Origin: a virus
Lineage: Duplodnaviria > Caudoviricetes
DNA: 62,349 bases
IMG/VR virus record: IMGVR_UViG_3300008738_000498
Location: 1-62,349 of that record
Direction: 5' to 3' (one strand)
A program made the position numbers and the translations under genes. How positions within the stretch are numbered: position 1 is the stretch's first letter; the number at the start of each line of letters is the position of its first letter. Below are positions 45,868 to 56,419 of this stretch, piece after piece. The notes under the pieces were generated by a model, which made no database searches, was not told the origin of the DNA, and saw nothing but the letters and a program-made list of their open reading frames with translations.

Positions 45868-47058
45868 GTGACCAGCTACCCCCTCGCCACCTTGGCATGC
45901 ACGATCGACGCGAACGGCATCTCGGCGCCCAGCTATGACGACATCTACCTGTCGCTGTGCGCTAGCTTCCGCGCGATCTACGGCAGCGATGTGGTGCTCG
46001 ACGCAGACACCCAGGACGGCCAATGGCTGGCGATCCTTGCGCAGGGCTTTGCCGATACCAACGCGGCGACGATTGCAGCCTATAACGCCCGGTCGCCATC
46101 CAGCGCGCAAGGCGCCGGCCTGGCATCGGTGGTCAAGATCAACGGCCTGACCAAGCAGGCAGCGACCTATTCGACCTGCGACGTCACGATCACCGGCACT
46201 GCTGGGACCATCATCGCGAACGGCACGGTCAAGGATGCAGATGGGGCCTATACCTGGGCGCTCCCGGCCAGCGTCACGATTCCGTCGAGCAATTCGATCA
46301 CCGTCACCGCGACCTGCACGACCGCCGGGGCGATCTCGGCCGCGATCGGCGCCCTGACCAAGATCGGCACGCCGACGCTGGGCTGGATCTCCGTGACCAA
46401 CGCCGTGGCCGCATCGCCCGGCACCGCGCAGGAAAGCGATGCCAAGCTGCGTCAGCGCCAGTCGCGCTCCACAGCGCTTGGTGCGACGTCGCCCATGGAG
46501 ACGCTGGCCGCCGCCATTGAGGATGTCGCGGGCGTGACCCGCGTGACCTATGACGAGAACACGACCGACGCGACCAACGACAATGGCACACCCAGCCACA
46601 GCGTGGCCTTGGTAGTCGAAGGCGGCGATGCGGATGCCATCGCGCAGACCATTGCCCGGTCGAAAATCCCTGGCGGCGGGACGGCCGGCACAATCAGCAA
46701 GATTGTGATCGACAGCCGGGGCATGCCATCGACAATCAGGTTCAGCACGCCGACCTATCGCCGCATCATCGTCAATGCCTCGATCAAGGCCCTGACCGGC
46801 TATACCGTGACGATCGGCAACGCGCTGGTTGCGGCCATCGCCAACTACATCAACGACCTGCCGCTGGGCGAGAGCGTCTACCTCACGCAGGTGATCTCGG
46901 CCGGCATCCAAGGCAGCGGCGGGATCGGCACCTTCAACCTGCTGGGCCTCCAGATTGCGATCTATGGCAATAGCCCGGCGGCGGCGGATATTCCCATCGC
47001 GTTCAACGAGTCCGCGACCTGCGTGGCCGGTGACGTGTCGCTGAGCCTGGTATCGTGA
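45868..47058 (+). CDS. Baseplate J-like protein
   Basis: DGQW, ESDAKLRQRQ, HSVALVVEGG. Confidence 0.88.
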   Translation: MTSYPLATLACTIDANGISAPSYDDIYLSLCASFRAIYGSDVVLDADTQDGQWLAILAQGFADTNAATIAAYNARSPSSAQGAGLASVVKINGLTKQAATYSTCDVTITGTAGTIIANGTVKDADGAYTWALPASVTIPSSNSITVTATCTTAGAISAAIGALTKIGTPTLGWISVTNAVAASPGTAQESDAKLRQRQSRSTALGATSPMETLAAAIEDVAGVTRVTYDENTTDATNDNGTPSHSVALVVEGGDADAIAQTIARSKIPGGGTAGTISKIVIDSRGMPSTIRFSTPTYRRIIVNASIKALTGYTVTIGNALVAAIANYINDLPLGESVYLTQVISAGIQGSGGIGTFNLLGLQIAIYGNSPAAADIPIAFNESATCVAGDVSLSLVS

Positions 47059-47801
47059 GTGGAGACGTCACGTCCTATACCGGGCGGATCACCTCTGAAC
47101 ACGCCAACAAGCCTAAGTTCGTCGCGACCATCGCCGCATGCCTGCAACCGCTGGCCGACCAGATTGCTGTGCTCGATGCCATGGCCGGCAAGTTCGACAT
47201 CGACGATGCCGTTGGCGCCCAGCTTGACGTCATCGGCGAATGGGTGGGCGTCTCGCGGAATGTGCGAACGCCGCTGGAAGGGGTTTATTTTTCGTTCGAC
47301 ACCGAAGGGCTGGGCTTTGAGCAAGGTGTGATCTGGGCGCCGGGCGAGCCGACTACCGGCCTGATCGCGCTGCCGGACGACATCTACAAGCTACTGCTGC
47401 GCGCCAAGATCATCGCCAACCAGTGGGATGGCACGATCCCCGGCGCCTATGAGGCCTGGGACACGCTGCTGGCGCCCTATGGCTTCACGATCCTGATCCA
47501 AGACAACGGCAACATGACGATGACACTGGCCTTGGCCTCGTCGTCGATCAACCCGACATTTCAGGAACTTTTCACTGGCGGCTATCTCGATCTGCGGCCG
47601 GCCACGGTCCTGATCGACGGCTACCTTTACCCGTCCGTCGATGCCGCGCCGTTCTTCGGTTTCGACGTCGAGAACGATGTGATCTCCGGCTTCGACGTGG
47701 GTGCTCTCGCCTCGGCGTCGCCGGCATCCGTCTACCGCCTGACCGACGAATATGGCGCCAGCCTCCTGACCGAAGCCGGTATCCCGATCAGCATCACGTG
47801 A
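47055..47801 (+). CDS. DUF2612 baseplate wedge protein
   Basis: FDIDDAVGAQLDVIGEWVG, AKIIANQWDG, DNGNMTM. Confidence 0.88.
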   Translation: MSGDVTSYTGRITSEHANKPKFVATIAACLQPLADQIAVLDAMAGKFDIDDAVGAQLDVIGEWVGVSRNVRTPLEGVYFSFDTEGLGFEQGVIWAPGEPTTGLIALPDDIYKLLLRAKIIANQWDGTIPGAYEAWDTLLAPYGFTILIQDNGNMTMTLALASSSINPTFQELFTGGYLDLRPATVLIDGYLYPSVDAAPFFGFDVENDVISGFDVGALASASPASVYRLTDEYGASLLTEAGIPISIT

Positions 47802-47807
47802 GGTGAA

Positions 47808-49385
47808 ATGCCTACCATTGCGAACCTCCCCAGCGGAACCACGCCGCTGTCGGGCCCCGAAGTCGTGCCTTTCGTCCAGGGCGGGCAAACGCGTCGCGCC
47901 ACGGCGGCAGACATTGCGGCGCTCGCCCTGGCGCAAGGCTTCACGCAGACCGGAACCTATGGCGCAGGCAGCACTGGCGCCAAGCTGCAACGCTTGATCT
48001 TCGCCACCGACGCACCGTTCAGCTGCAAGACCGATGGCAGCGACAGCACGACGGCCTGGGCGGCGCTGGTTGCGTTCGTCAACGACACCAGCAAGTGCCC
48101 CTACGGCGCCCTCATCTGGCTGCCACCGGGCGTGATCAAGATCACCGGCACGCACACCTTCACCAACTCGGTCACGTTCATCGGCCACGGTCCGACCGTC
48201 TCGCGCATCCTGTGCTCAAGCAACGCGCGGATCATGCTGACCGGCTCGCGGCAACTGCCTTTCAACACGGCGTTCACGCTGGAAGGCTTCGCGGTCCTGA
48301 CCGACAATGTGCACACGTCCAGCCCGCTGCATGTGGACTATTCGGCGGCCTATACCGGCGACGGTGCACTGTCGCAGACGCTGACCATGCGGAATGTGCT
48401 GGTGGCCGGGCAGAACACGTCCTGCGGGTTCAACATCGGCTTGGAACTGGTCAACTGCCCGTGGCCGCGTCTCGAAAACGTGGTGTTTCGCGGCGACAAC
48501 GCGCGGGCGAGCGCCTACGGGATCAAGTATACCGGGACCGATGGATCGCCCACCTTCCGCTCTGTCCGCGCCTACTTCATGCAGGATGCGATCTACTGCG
48601 AAGGCGAGATGGAGGGCTACGTCTTCGATGACCTTGAAATCGTCTCTGTTCAGCGCGGCGTTACGGCCAGGGACACGACGAACGGCCTGCAACCGCGCTT
48701 CGTCATGCGGTCGAGCCACATCAACGCCGAGGAATGCTGCATCAAGACGGTCGGAATCGACCTGGTGCACATCGACGAGAGCAACGACCTTTACGGGCAG
48801 GTTGCCTCTGGAATCTCGGCGACCTGGACTGCCGTGGACGTGACGCCGACGCTTGCAACCGGTTCCAGCAACACGATCATTTGCAGCGCGGACATTCGGC
48901 CCAGCGTCAACGGCGACGGTGCTTATGCCGCCACCAAGATCGGAGTGCGCATCCGTGGCGCCGATGTGAGCCTGGAGGATTACGTGATCGGCGGCCTGTA
49001 TCGCGGGCTGACCACCGGCGTGCAGTTGGACGCGAACACGAATGGGATCACCATCGACGCAGACACCACCTTCCGCAACTGCACTACGTCGGTCTCGGAC
49101 AACGGCGGGAACAACATCCGCCTGCAGAAAGTCAAGTCTGGCTACACGGTCGGCGCCACCGATTCCAGCGGTCAGATCACGATCAGCTTCGGCTCGCTAG
49201 TGCAGTTCAGTGGCACCCCTGTCGTGGTGGCTTGCAGCGGGAACGGCGGGAACGAGACCTACGCCGTCGTCGCTTCGACCGTGACCGGCTCTGGCTGCAA
49301 GGTGCTTGTGTCCAACAGTTCTGGGCCATTGGCATCCGGCCAGACCCGCACCGTCAATTGGGTTGCCACGGGGAACGCACCATGA
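47808..49385 (+). CDS. Tailspike, probable beta-helix depolymerase
   Basis: DG.DSTTA..IWLPPG..TFIGHG pectin-lyase-like entry; beta-rich repeats. Confidence 0.75.
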   Translation: MPTIANLPSGTTPLSGPEVVPFVQGGQTRRATAADIAALALAQGFTQTGTYGAGSTGAKLQRLIFATDAPFSCKTDGSDSTTAWAALVAFVNDTSKCPYGALIWLPPGVIKITGTHTFTNSVTFIGHGPTVSRILCSSNARIMLTGSRQLPFNTAFTLEGFAVLTDNVHTSSPLHVDYSAAYTGDGALSQTLTMRNVLVAGQNTSCGFNIGLELVNCPWPRLENVVFRGDNARASAYGIKYTGTDGSPTFRSVRAYFMQDAIYCEGEMEGYVFDDLEIVSVQRGVTARDTTNGLQPRFVMRSSHINAEECCIKTVGIDLVHIDESNDLYGQVASGISATWTAVDVTPTLATGSSNTIICSADIRPSVNGDGAYAATKIGVRIRGADVSLEDYVIGGLYRGLTTGVQLDANTNGITIDADTTFRNCTTSVSDNGGNNIRLQKVKSGYTVGATDSSGQITISFGSLVQFSGTPVVVACSGNGGNETYAVVASTVTGSGCKVLVSNSSGPLASGQTRTVNWVATGNAP

Positions 49386-49519
49386 GCCACTTCGAAAGAC
49401 TGCTGGCCTGCATTCGCTCGGGCCAACTGACCGACGCGCAGATCGCCGCTGCGCTGCGTGACCCACAATTCGCCGCCTACTGGCGCCAGCAATCTGCCTT
49501 GTCGGAGTCTGACCTGTGA
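49382..49519 (+). CDS. Small tail-associated protein (45 aa)
   Basis: ATGA overlap; LLACIRSGQL..DPQFAAYW. Confidence 0.55.
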   Translation: MSHFERLLACIRSGQLTDAQIAAALRDPQFAAYWRQQSALSESDL

Positions 49520-50124
49520 CCGCATTGAATGACTTCCTGCCCTTTGCCACGGCATCGGGCGCCAACGTCGTGGACAACGCCACCTGGTCTGGCCTTGCCG
49601 CGCGATCGGCCGGGTTTTCGTCGGGCCTTGCCTCATCCGCGCAGTTCAACAAGGCGCTGCGCCAGGCGACATTCATTGCCGCCGCGCTGGCCGGATGGGT
49701 GGCCGCCGAAGCCAACGACGATGTTAAGGATGATGGTGTCCTTGACAATTTCCAGGGCCAACTCACCGCCGCGCTGACCGCGTTCGTGGCAACCTTGGGC
49801 TATGCGCCGATGAACAAGGTTCTGGGCGGCTCTGCCCAGACGATGCAGAACGTGACCTCGAGCCGCGCGCTTGGGACGACCTATACCAACAACACCGGGC
49901 GCCCGATCTGGATCAGCGTCAACGCCAGTTCGTCGTCGGGCAACGCCTTCACCGCGATCACAATCACGCAAGGCACTTCGCCGGCCGTTACGGTGCAGGG
50001 ATCGGGTAGCAGTTCGTCCGCGATTGCCACGGTCTGCACCGCCATCATCCCGGACGGCGCGACCTATTCGGCGAACGTGAACATCGGCACCGGCACGCTG
50101 GGCAACTGGGTCGAGCTTCGCTGA
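49516..50124 (+). CDS. Short tail fiber protein
   Basis: NDFLPFAT..ANV..SAQFNKALRQ N-terminus; TYTNNTGRPI..WVELR tip. Confidence 0.85.
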   Translation: MTALNDFLPFATASGANVVDNATWSGLAARSAGFSSGLASSAQFNKALRQATFIAAALAGWVAAEANDDVKDDGVLDNFQGQLTAALTAFVATLGYAPMNKVLGGSAQTMQNVTSSRALGTTYTNNTGRPIWISVNASSSSGNAFTAITITQGTSPAVTVQGSGSSSSAIATVCTAIIPDGATYSANVNIGTGTLGNWVELR

Positions 50125-50147
50125 CTCCTTTCACACCGACCTGACCC

Positions 50148-50174
50148 GACCTCGCTCCGGCGGGGTTTTTCTTT
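50148..50174 (+). terminator. Intrinsic terminator
   Basis: GACCTCGC-TCCG-GCGGGGTT plus T tract. Confidence 0.65.
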
Positions 50175-50192
50175 GCCCGCAAGGATCGCGCC

Positions 50193-51152
50193 ATGGCCCA
50201 AGACTCCGGCCTCGACATCAAGATCACGACCGACTGGCAGGACATTACCGAAAGCGCACCGGCGCTGGCCGGGCAATATGCCTGGGTCTGCAATCAGGGC
50301 TGGTCTCCTGTTCTGGTGGCGTTTTCATCGTCGGCTGATGCGCCCACCGGCGGCGGCTATTACCTGGTCGCAGGCGAAACTGCGCAGGGCACGGCTACCC
50401 ACATCTGGGTCAGGGGCGTGTCTGGCACCGCAGATGTTTCAGCCGGCCTGGGCGATGTGTGGTCGAGCGGCGGGGTAAGCACGATCGCTGCGCCCAATGG
50501 CGCCGACGTGACGCAGGGCGCGGTGGCGGACCCGGCTGCGACGAATGCCAGCGGTTCGTGGACCGTCGTGTCCTTGCTCAAGGGCCTGTTCACCCAACTG
50601 GCCGGCGTGTTGAAGGTGCAGCCAACGCTGGGCGGCGCGGCGGTTTCCAGCGCCAACCCACTGGCCGTTTCCGCGACCGCGCTACCACTGCCCACTGGCG
50701 CCGCCTCTGGTGCGCTCCAAGCCGTTGCCAACGGCCTGCTGGGCCAGATCCAAGCGCAGTTGCCCGACGCGCTCGGCCCGCAGGCGTCGGCGGGATCGCT
50801 CTCCGTGGCGCTCGCCAGCGATCAGGTCGTGCCAATCTCGTCTGCCGTTACCAGCTTCCCGCCTCTGGTGCCCGGCACCACCCACGACTTCACCCGCTAC
50901 GGCGTGATCCGCATTCAGGTCACGGGCCTGTCGGGAGGCGATTCCATCAGCTTCGGCGGTGCCATGGCGCAGACCGATACCCCGCAGCCGCTTGAGGTCA
51001 TGTCGGTTTCCGGCAGCAACCCCGGCACGCTGTCGGCAAGCATCACGGCGAACGGGCTCTACGTCATTTTCGGCGCCGGCGGTCTGTGGATCACCACCAC
51101 CCAGACCGGCACGGCCTCGACCCCCACCATCATCGCCAACGCCAACCAGTAA
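50193..51152 (+). CDS. Putative fiber/adaptor structural protein
   Basis: Ser/Thr/Ala/Gly-rich; LPLPTGAA and SLSVALASDQ segments; tail-region position. Confidence 0.6.
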   Translation: MAQDSGLDIKITTDWQDITESAPALAGQYAWVCNQGWSPVLVAFSSSADAPTGGGYYLVAGETAQGTATHIWVRGVSGTADVSAGLGDVWSSGGVSTIAAPNGADVTQGAVADPAATNASGSWTVVSLLKGLFTQLAGVLKVQPTLGGAAVSSANPLAVSATALPLPTGAASGALQAVANGLLGQIQAQLPDALGPQASAGSLSVALASDQVVPISSAVTSFPPLVPGTTHDFTRYGVIRIQVTGLSGGDSISFGGAMAQTDTPQPLEVMSVSGSNPGTLSASITANGLYVIFGAGGLWITTTQTGTASTPTIIANANQ

Positions 51153-51161
51153 GGGCAGATC

Positions 51162-53534
51162 ATGGCCGAAGACATCATTGCTCAACTGCTGGCGCGCAAC
51201 GCCCAGCAGGCGGCGATCACTGCCCAGAATTCCGCCACGGCCAAAGCAGGTGAAGCCGCCGCGTCAGCATCGGCAGCGGCAGGAAGTGCCTCGGCGGCGA
51301 GCGGCTCGGCGGCCGCGGCTGCGGGCAGCGCGAGTTCCGCTTCTGGTTCGGCGACTGCGGCCGCCGGCAGCGCGTCGGCTGCATCTGGCAGTGCTGCAAC
51401 AGCCACCACGCAAGCTGCCCTCGCCACCGCCCAAGCCACCGCATCCCAGACCAGCGCTCAAGCCGCCCAAGGAGCCGCCGCATCGGTAGGCTTCCTGAAC
51501 GCTGTTGTCAGCGCTGGTGGTTCGCCGCCTTATACCATCACGGGCGTGTCGGGCGGCATCGGTACGGGTGTGGGTGGCCTGGCAAATTCCGAGTGGCTGC
51601 TCACCCCATCCAGTGCCAGCTACACGGGCGCCGAGGTCTATGGCCAGATCGGCTCCGATGGCAAGGTTTCCGGCTACCGCACGGCTCGCGGCGGCTTGTC
51701 CACGTCCAGCACGCCGCCTGCCTTCGCCTGGCCGAGCGGTGCAGGCTTCACGACCGCGCCGACCGCGCCGACCGTTGCTGTTGGCCTGATCCCGGTCAAC
51801 CGGCCGTTCTACGCGCCGTCGAGCGATGGCCTGTCGAAACTCGGATGGATCAACAGCGGTGGCACGCTGGCCGCCTGGAAGCCGGATGGCACGAACCAGG
51901 CACAGGAATACACCAAGGGCGGTGTGGACTCCACCATCTCCGCGCTGGGCTTTGTCAAAAAGATCGGCGCTGCCACGTTCGCGTTTGTCTATTCAGATAA
52001 CTCTATCTGGGGCCTGATTTCGCCCACCAAACTGCTGCACCCAGTGATCGATGGACTTTCGTCTGCCGTGTCGGCCCTGCAATCACTGGTTAACGGGGTG
52101 ATCGCACCGGCACAGAAGCTGGTTAGCAAGCCCGGTGTCGATGGCCTGTATCTCGTCGGCGCCGATGGCCAGGTATTTTCAAGCATCACGCGCACCGCGA
52201 TCAACCACCCCGACTATGCCAGCACAAAGGCACAGGTTTCCAGCCTTGTGACCAACGGCGTCAACAGCAGCTATATGGTGCGGGACAGCAAGTGGGACAG
52301 CATCCAGCTGATTGGCGAAGTCGCGCATTTTGAAGGCTATGGTCAGAGTCTTGCGCAAGGCTATCCCGGCGGACTTTACGATACCGGATCGCTGGCATCT
52401 GCCCTGATGTTCTCGGGCGGCGTGCGGCCCGATGACCTTTCGACCAGTGTCGGGACGATCTACGCAAGCCTTGTGCCGCTGCAAGAACGCTATCTGACCG
52501 GCGGAATGGCAGACACAAGTGCCAATGACAGCGGCTCTGTCGGTGAAACGCCGATGTATGGCGCCATGCAGATGCTGGCCCAGTTGATGGTCAGCGACGC
52601 AGGCACTGATCCGACGACGAACGGCCAAAAGTGCATGGCGTCGGTTTCTGCGCGTGGTGGTGCATCTGCCGCTTTGCTCACAAAAGCGAACGGCACCCGC
52701 TACCCACGGCTGCTGGCCAACCTTCAAAATGGCCCGCTGGCAGCCGCCGCGATCGGCAAGAGCTATGCATCTGGCGGCCTGTTCTACACGCAGGGCGAAG
52801 CGGACAGTTCTGCCAAGACTGATCCAACGACCTGGACGAATACCGTTTTGGGCATCTTGGCATCGGTGCAGTCTGATTGGCAGGCTGCCGCCGGAAACGC
52901 GCGGCCGGTGCCGATGTTCCTTTACCAGAGCAGCGGCGTGGCTGGATACTATGCTGGCGCCCAACCTGACATTCCGATCGCTCAACTGCAAATGGCGCTC
53001 GAAAACGATTACGTGTGCCATGTCGGGCCGTCGTGGTTCATGTCGTATCGCAACAACGACGTGCACATGACGCCGGCGGGCTATAAATGGCTTGGCGCCT
53101 ATTATGGCTGGTGCGCTTACCAGTGGCTCTACAAGGGCTATAAGCCAGTCCCCCTTCGCCCCGTGATCCGTGCCGAAGGGTCGCGGATCATCGCGCGCTA
53201 TCCGGTTCTCCCGGGCCGCAAACTGGTGATCGACACGAACTATCTGGAACTGATGCCAAACTTCGGCATGCGCGCCTTCAATGCCGCCGGCACGGAGAAG
53301 ACGCTCAGCAACCCGCGTGTGGTCGGCCGTGATTGCGTGGTCTGGGACGCCAGCGAGACTCCTGCGGATGCCTGGACCTTTGGCTACGCATGGAATGCGC
53401 AGACTGCCGCCAACAAGACCACTCTGTTTGGCGGCAATATCCGTGATGACAATCCGCTGATCTTCGACCCGGCCGGCCTGAATGTGCCCATGTACCGCTG
53501 GGCGCCGATCGACAAAATCACCCTGACCGCCTGA
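51162..53534 (+). CDS. Fiber protein with SGNH/SASA-type acetylesterase domain
   Basis: Ala/Ser repeat stalk; GYGQSL, QGEAD, DVH. Confidence 0.78.
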   Translation: MAEDIIAQLLARNAQQAAITAQNSATAKAGEAAASASAAAGSASAASGSAAAAAGSASSASGSATAAAGSASAASGSAATATTQAALATAQATASQTSAQAAQGAAASVGFLNAVVSAGGSPPYTITGVSGGIGTGVGGLANSEWLLTPSSASYTGAEVYGQIGSDGKVSGYRTARGGLSTSSTPPAFAWPSGAGFTTAPTAPTVAVGLIPVNRPFYAPSSDGLSKLGWINSGGTLAAWKPDGTNQAQEYTKGGVDSTISALGFVKKIGAATFAFVYSDNSIWGLISPTKLLHPVIDGLSSAVSALQSLVNGVIAPAQKLVSKPGVDGLYLVGADGQVFSSITRTAINHPDYASTKAQVSSLVTNGVNSSYMVRDSKWDSIQLIGEVAHFEGYGQSLAQGYPGGLYDTGSLASALMFSGGVRPDDLSTSVGTIYASLVPLQERYLTGGMADTSANDSGSVGETPMYGAMQMLAQLMVSDAGTDPTTNGQKCMASVSARGGASAALLTKANGTRYPRLLANLQNGPLAAAAIGKSYASGGLFYTQGEADSSAKTDPTTWTNTVLGILASVQSDWQAAAGNARPVPMFLYQSSGVAGYYAGAQPDIPIAQLQMALENDYVCHVGPSWFMSYRNNDVHMTPAGYKWLGAYYGWCAYQWLYKGYKPVPLRPVIRAEGSRIIARYPVLPGRKLVIDTNYLELMPNFGMRAFNAAGTEKTLSNPRVVGRDCVVWDASETPADAWTFGYAWNAQTAANKTTLFGGNIRDDNPLIFDPAGLNVPMYRWAPIDKITLTA

Positions 53535-53547
53535 GGGAGTCCCTGCC

Positions 53548-54711
53548 ATGACCATGTTTGCTATCAATTTCACCGGCTCTGGCGGCCAGTATGGCAAGCT
53601 CGAAACCCTGCCGTCGTTCAACGGTTTGGGGTATTCGGCCTTCCTGTTCGGTTCGTCGTTCAATTCAGCGCCAGCCACCAACGTGTTTGATGCTTCCACG
53701 GCGGGGAATGCCACGCTCTATGGCACGGTGGGATCGCTTGGCGTTTCGTTGTCAGGGTCGAATTTCACCGCCGCAATTTCCGGCGGCGTGCTGACCGTTT
53801 CGGCGTTCACCAGCGGAACCCCGCTGGCGGTCGGCCATGTCATCTATAACAACAACGGCCAGCAACTCGGCGTGATTGCGTCGCTGGGCACCGGCACTGG
53901 TGGAACGGGAACCTACAACCTAGCTGCCGGGTCAACCACTACGGCATCGTCGGCGCTGAACGCCGTCGCGAATGTGGTCGATCTGCCTGGCTACAGCGCG
54001 TCGGTTTACAATGGTGCAGCGTTCACCGCCGATATCACGTCTGGCGTCCTGACGGTTTCCGCATTCCCCAGCGGCGGCACGGGCACGCCGCTTGCGGTTG
54101 GCGATTCCATCTACAGCGCCGGCGGCGTAATCATTGGCGTGATTGCGTCTCTTGGGACCGGCACTGGCGGGACGGGCACCTATAATCTGGCTGCCGGGTG
54201 GATCGCCACTGCATCGACCACCATGTACCGCGGCAATGCCAATGCGGTTGGCGGTATGACTACCTTCGCCGTCGCCAAGGGCACTGCGGGCGGCTTGGTA
54301 AGCGATTATGTCGGCACCGCTTCTGCATCGATGGCTATGCTGCTCAACAGCGGGGGCAGTAACATGCTGTCCATCGTTCGCGGTTCCACCACCGTCAACA
54401 GTGCTGTGGCACAGGGTTCGTCGCCCGCAAGCACATGGACCATGTATGTCAGCCAGTTCACGGCCACCACCGTGCAGGCAATGTCTTGGCGGACGGCCGC
54501 CGGTCTTGTCACCGCGAGCGCCACAGCAGTGCCGACCACGGGCGCAGTTGGCTCGACCGTGAACCGCATGCAGGTGGGCCGTCCCTACGGCACCCCAGAT
54601 ACGACTGTGTTCGGCACAGCTGTCTATCAAGGCGCGCTGACGCAGGCCCAGATCAAAGCCGTCGGTGCCAAGTTCTCTGCCATTTTGGCCGACGCTGGCC
54701 AGACGCTCTAA
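53548..54711 (+). CDS. Putative structural protein with duplicated TGTGGTGTY module
   Basis: Two ~55-aa repeats (GVLTVSAF..LAVG..GVIASLGTGTGGTGTYNLAAG); LamG-like ending ALTQAQI. Confidence 0.65.
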   Translation: MTMFAINFTGSGGQYGKLETLPSFNGLGYSAFLFGSSFNSAPATNVFDASTAGNATLYGTVGSLGVSLSGSNFTAAISGGVLTVSAFTSGTPLAVGHVIYNNNGQQLGVIASLGTGTGGTGTYNLAAGSTTTASSALNAVANVVDLPGYSASVYNGAAFTADITSGVLTVSAFPSGGTGTPLAVGDSIYSAGGVIIGVIASLGTGTGGTGTYNLAAGWIATASTTMYRGNANAVGGMTTFAVAKGTAGGLVSDYVGTASASMAMLLNSGGSNMLSIVRGSTTVNSAVAQGSSPASTWTMYVSQFTATTVQAMSWRTAAGLVTASATAVPTTGAVGSTVNRMQVGRPYGTPDTTVFGTAVYQGALTQAQIKAVGAKFSAILADAGQTL

Positions 54712-54735
54712 CCCCCACCACCAAGGAGACTGACC

Positions 54736-54921
54736 ATGCCCGCCAAGTCCATCGCTCGCCTGGCCGAAATCGGCAAACGCAAGGTCGCGCTCACCGACCA
54801 GCTCGCCAAGCTGCATGCGGAAGAATGCAGCCTGCTGACCGACCTGCTCGCCACCCATGGCCCGGCCGCTGGCGTGGACGCGGCCACCGTGACCGCCGCT
54901 AGCCAGCCCAAGACGCAGTAA
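54736..54921 (+). CDS. Small hypothetical protein
   Basis: AAGGAG RBS. Confidence 0.6.
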   Translation: MPAKSIARLAEIGKRKVALTDQLAKLHAEECSLLTDLLATHGPAAGVDAATVTAASQPKTQ

Positions 54922-54933
54922 GGGGTCCAGCGC

Positions 54934-55383
54934 ATGGAAACCGTCATCGTCTACGCCGCGCACGCCGCTCTGTGGGCGATGGCGGCCCGGCGCGTAGGCA
55001 TCCGCCCGGTCGTGGTGATCTTGGGCGCCAGCACCGTTGCATCGTGGGCCGTGGGCGCGATCTACTCAGGCAACGACCAGACCGTCATGATGATGATGAT
55101 CGACCTCTGCACCATTCTAGCGCTGCGGGCGACGGGGCAAGGTGCGCGTGATCGCATGGTGGCCGCGGTATCGCTTTGCCTGATCCCTTGGCGCTGCGCA
55201 CACATCGCTGATGGCGGCCAGTATATCGATTATTGGACCTATGCGGCGGCCGTAAACCTCGCCAGCGCTTTGCAATTCCTGATCGGCGGGGGCGTGGTCG
55301 ATGTCGTCGGACGTGGCATTGATGATTGGGTCGGCCGCGTTTCTGGTCGGCTCCAGCGCGCTCTGCGCGTGGTGGCGTGCTGA
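54934..55383 (+). CDS. Multi-TM membrane protein
   Basis: About four to five hydrophobic segments; start of lysis region. Confidence 0.65.
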   Translation: METVIVYAAHAALWAMAARRVGIRPVVVILGASTVASWAVGAIYSGNDQTVMMMMIDLCTILALRATGQGARDRMVAAVSLCLIPWRCAHIADGGQYIDYWTYAAAVNLASALQFLIGGGVVDVVGRGIDDWVGRVSGRLQRALRVVAC

Positions 55384-55802
55384 TGGTTACGCCGCCCGAA
55401 AGCGTCGGAATCGGCGCTGATACCGCGCAGATGCTGGGTGGCGGGGTGTTCGGCGCCGCCGCGCGCGAATACCTGCGACCCGCCACGCTCTGGAAGCAAC
55501 GCCTCTTGGCCACTGGCTTGTGCATCGGCGGCTCCTATCTGTTCGGGCCGTTCGTCCAGAAGCTGGTGCACGGCGTCACCAGCGCAGAAATCCCCTCCAC
55601 CGTGGCCGGCGCCGTCGCTGGCCTGGCCTGCATCGGGGTGGCCGAGGGCATCCTGACCGCCGCCGATCGGCTCGACCTCTCGCTGTGGTCGCCGTTCACG
55701 CGTCATGCCGCCCCGGCGGTCGTGTCGCCGCCGATCACGCCAACGCCTGTCCCGCCCATCGTCGCGCCCACCGTGCCGACGCCACCGGAGCATCACCCAT
55801 GA
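55383..55802 (+). CDS. Putative holin
   Basis: Hydrophobic segments, directly upstream of endolysin. Confidence 0.55.
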   Translation: MVTPPESVGIGADTAQMLGGGVFGAAAREYLRPATLWKQRLLATGLCIGGSYLFGPFVQKLVHGVTSAEIPSTVAGAVAGLACIGVAEGILTAADRLDLSLWSPFTRHAAPAVVSPPITPTPVPPIVAPTVPTPPEHHP

Positions 55803-56419
55803 TCGACATCGCAAAATTCATCGCGGGCTACATCAAAGACCACGAAGGCGGTCTGTCGATGGACCCGGCGGATAATGGTAATTGGTTTGATCCCGTCAGC
55901 TACGCGGCGAACATCCCGCAACAGCGCAACGTCGGGAAGCTGATCGGCTCCAAGTTCGGCGTCACCGGCTATGCCCTGGCGCAGTATCGCAAGGTCGGCA
56001 TCGTCACACGGGCGGACATTGCCAACCTGACCATGGATGAAGCCGTCGCGATCGGCGTGCGCCTCTATTACAAGGTGCCCGGCTTCGACAAGCTGCTGGT
56101 CAATCGCGTCACGCTCTCGATCATCGACATGGCCTGGGGTGCCGGGCCGGATCGCGCTATCCGGCTGATGCAGAAGATGATCGGCGCAGCGGTTGATGGC
56201 AATCTCGGCCCTGCCACGGCGCGTGCCTATGCGACCTGGTTCAACAGCCTCGGCGAAGCGAAAGCCGCGCAGGCATGGGCCGACGTGCGGAACGCATTCT
56301 ACCAGCGGATTGCCAGTAACGAGGGGCCGAACGATCCCGACCGGCGCTTCCTGCGTGGCTGGATCAACCGCAGCAACAGCTTTCTTCCCGGAACCTCTTG
56401 GTGGAGTGCGTGGGCATGA
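55799..56419 (+). CDS. Endolysin, GH108 family with PG-binding domain
   Basis: HEGG..DPADNG; KFGVT; VDGNLGPAT; FLRGWINR. Confidence 0.88.
   Translation: MIDIAKFIAGYIKDHEGGLSMDPADNGNWFDPVSYAANIPQQRNVGKLIGSKFGVTGYALAQYRKVGIVTRADIANLTMDEAVAIGVRLYYKVPGFDKLLVNRVTLSIIDMAWGAGPDRAIRLMQKMIGAAVDGNLGPATARAYATWFNSLGEAKAAQAWADVRNAFYQRIASNEGPNDPDRRFLRGWINRSNSFLPGTSWWSAWA

Noticed and set aside
47799-47810. In-frame TGA between DUF2612 and the tailspike as readthrough
   Set aside because: TGAGG is simply the next gene's SD; this also weakens the MuF-ART readthrough idea
51240-51485. Ala/Ser low-complexity repeats as a separate element
   Set aside because: Ordinary fiber stalk coding sequence
53860-54200. 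Duplicated segment as a DGR template/variable repeat
   Set aside because: Both copies are in one ORF, differences are mostly synonymous rather than adenine-specific, and no reverse transcriptase is present
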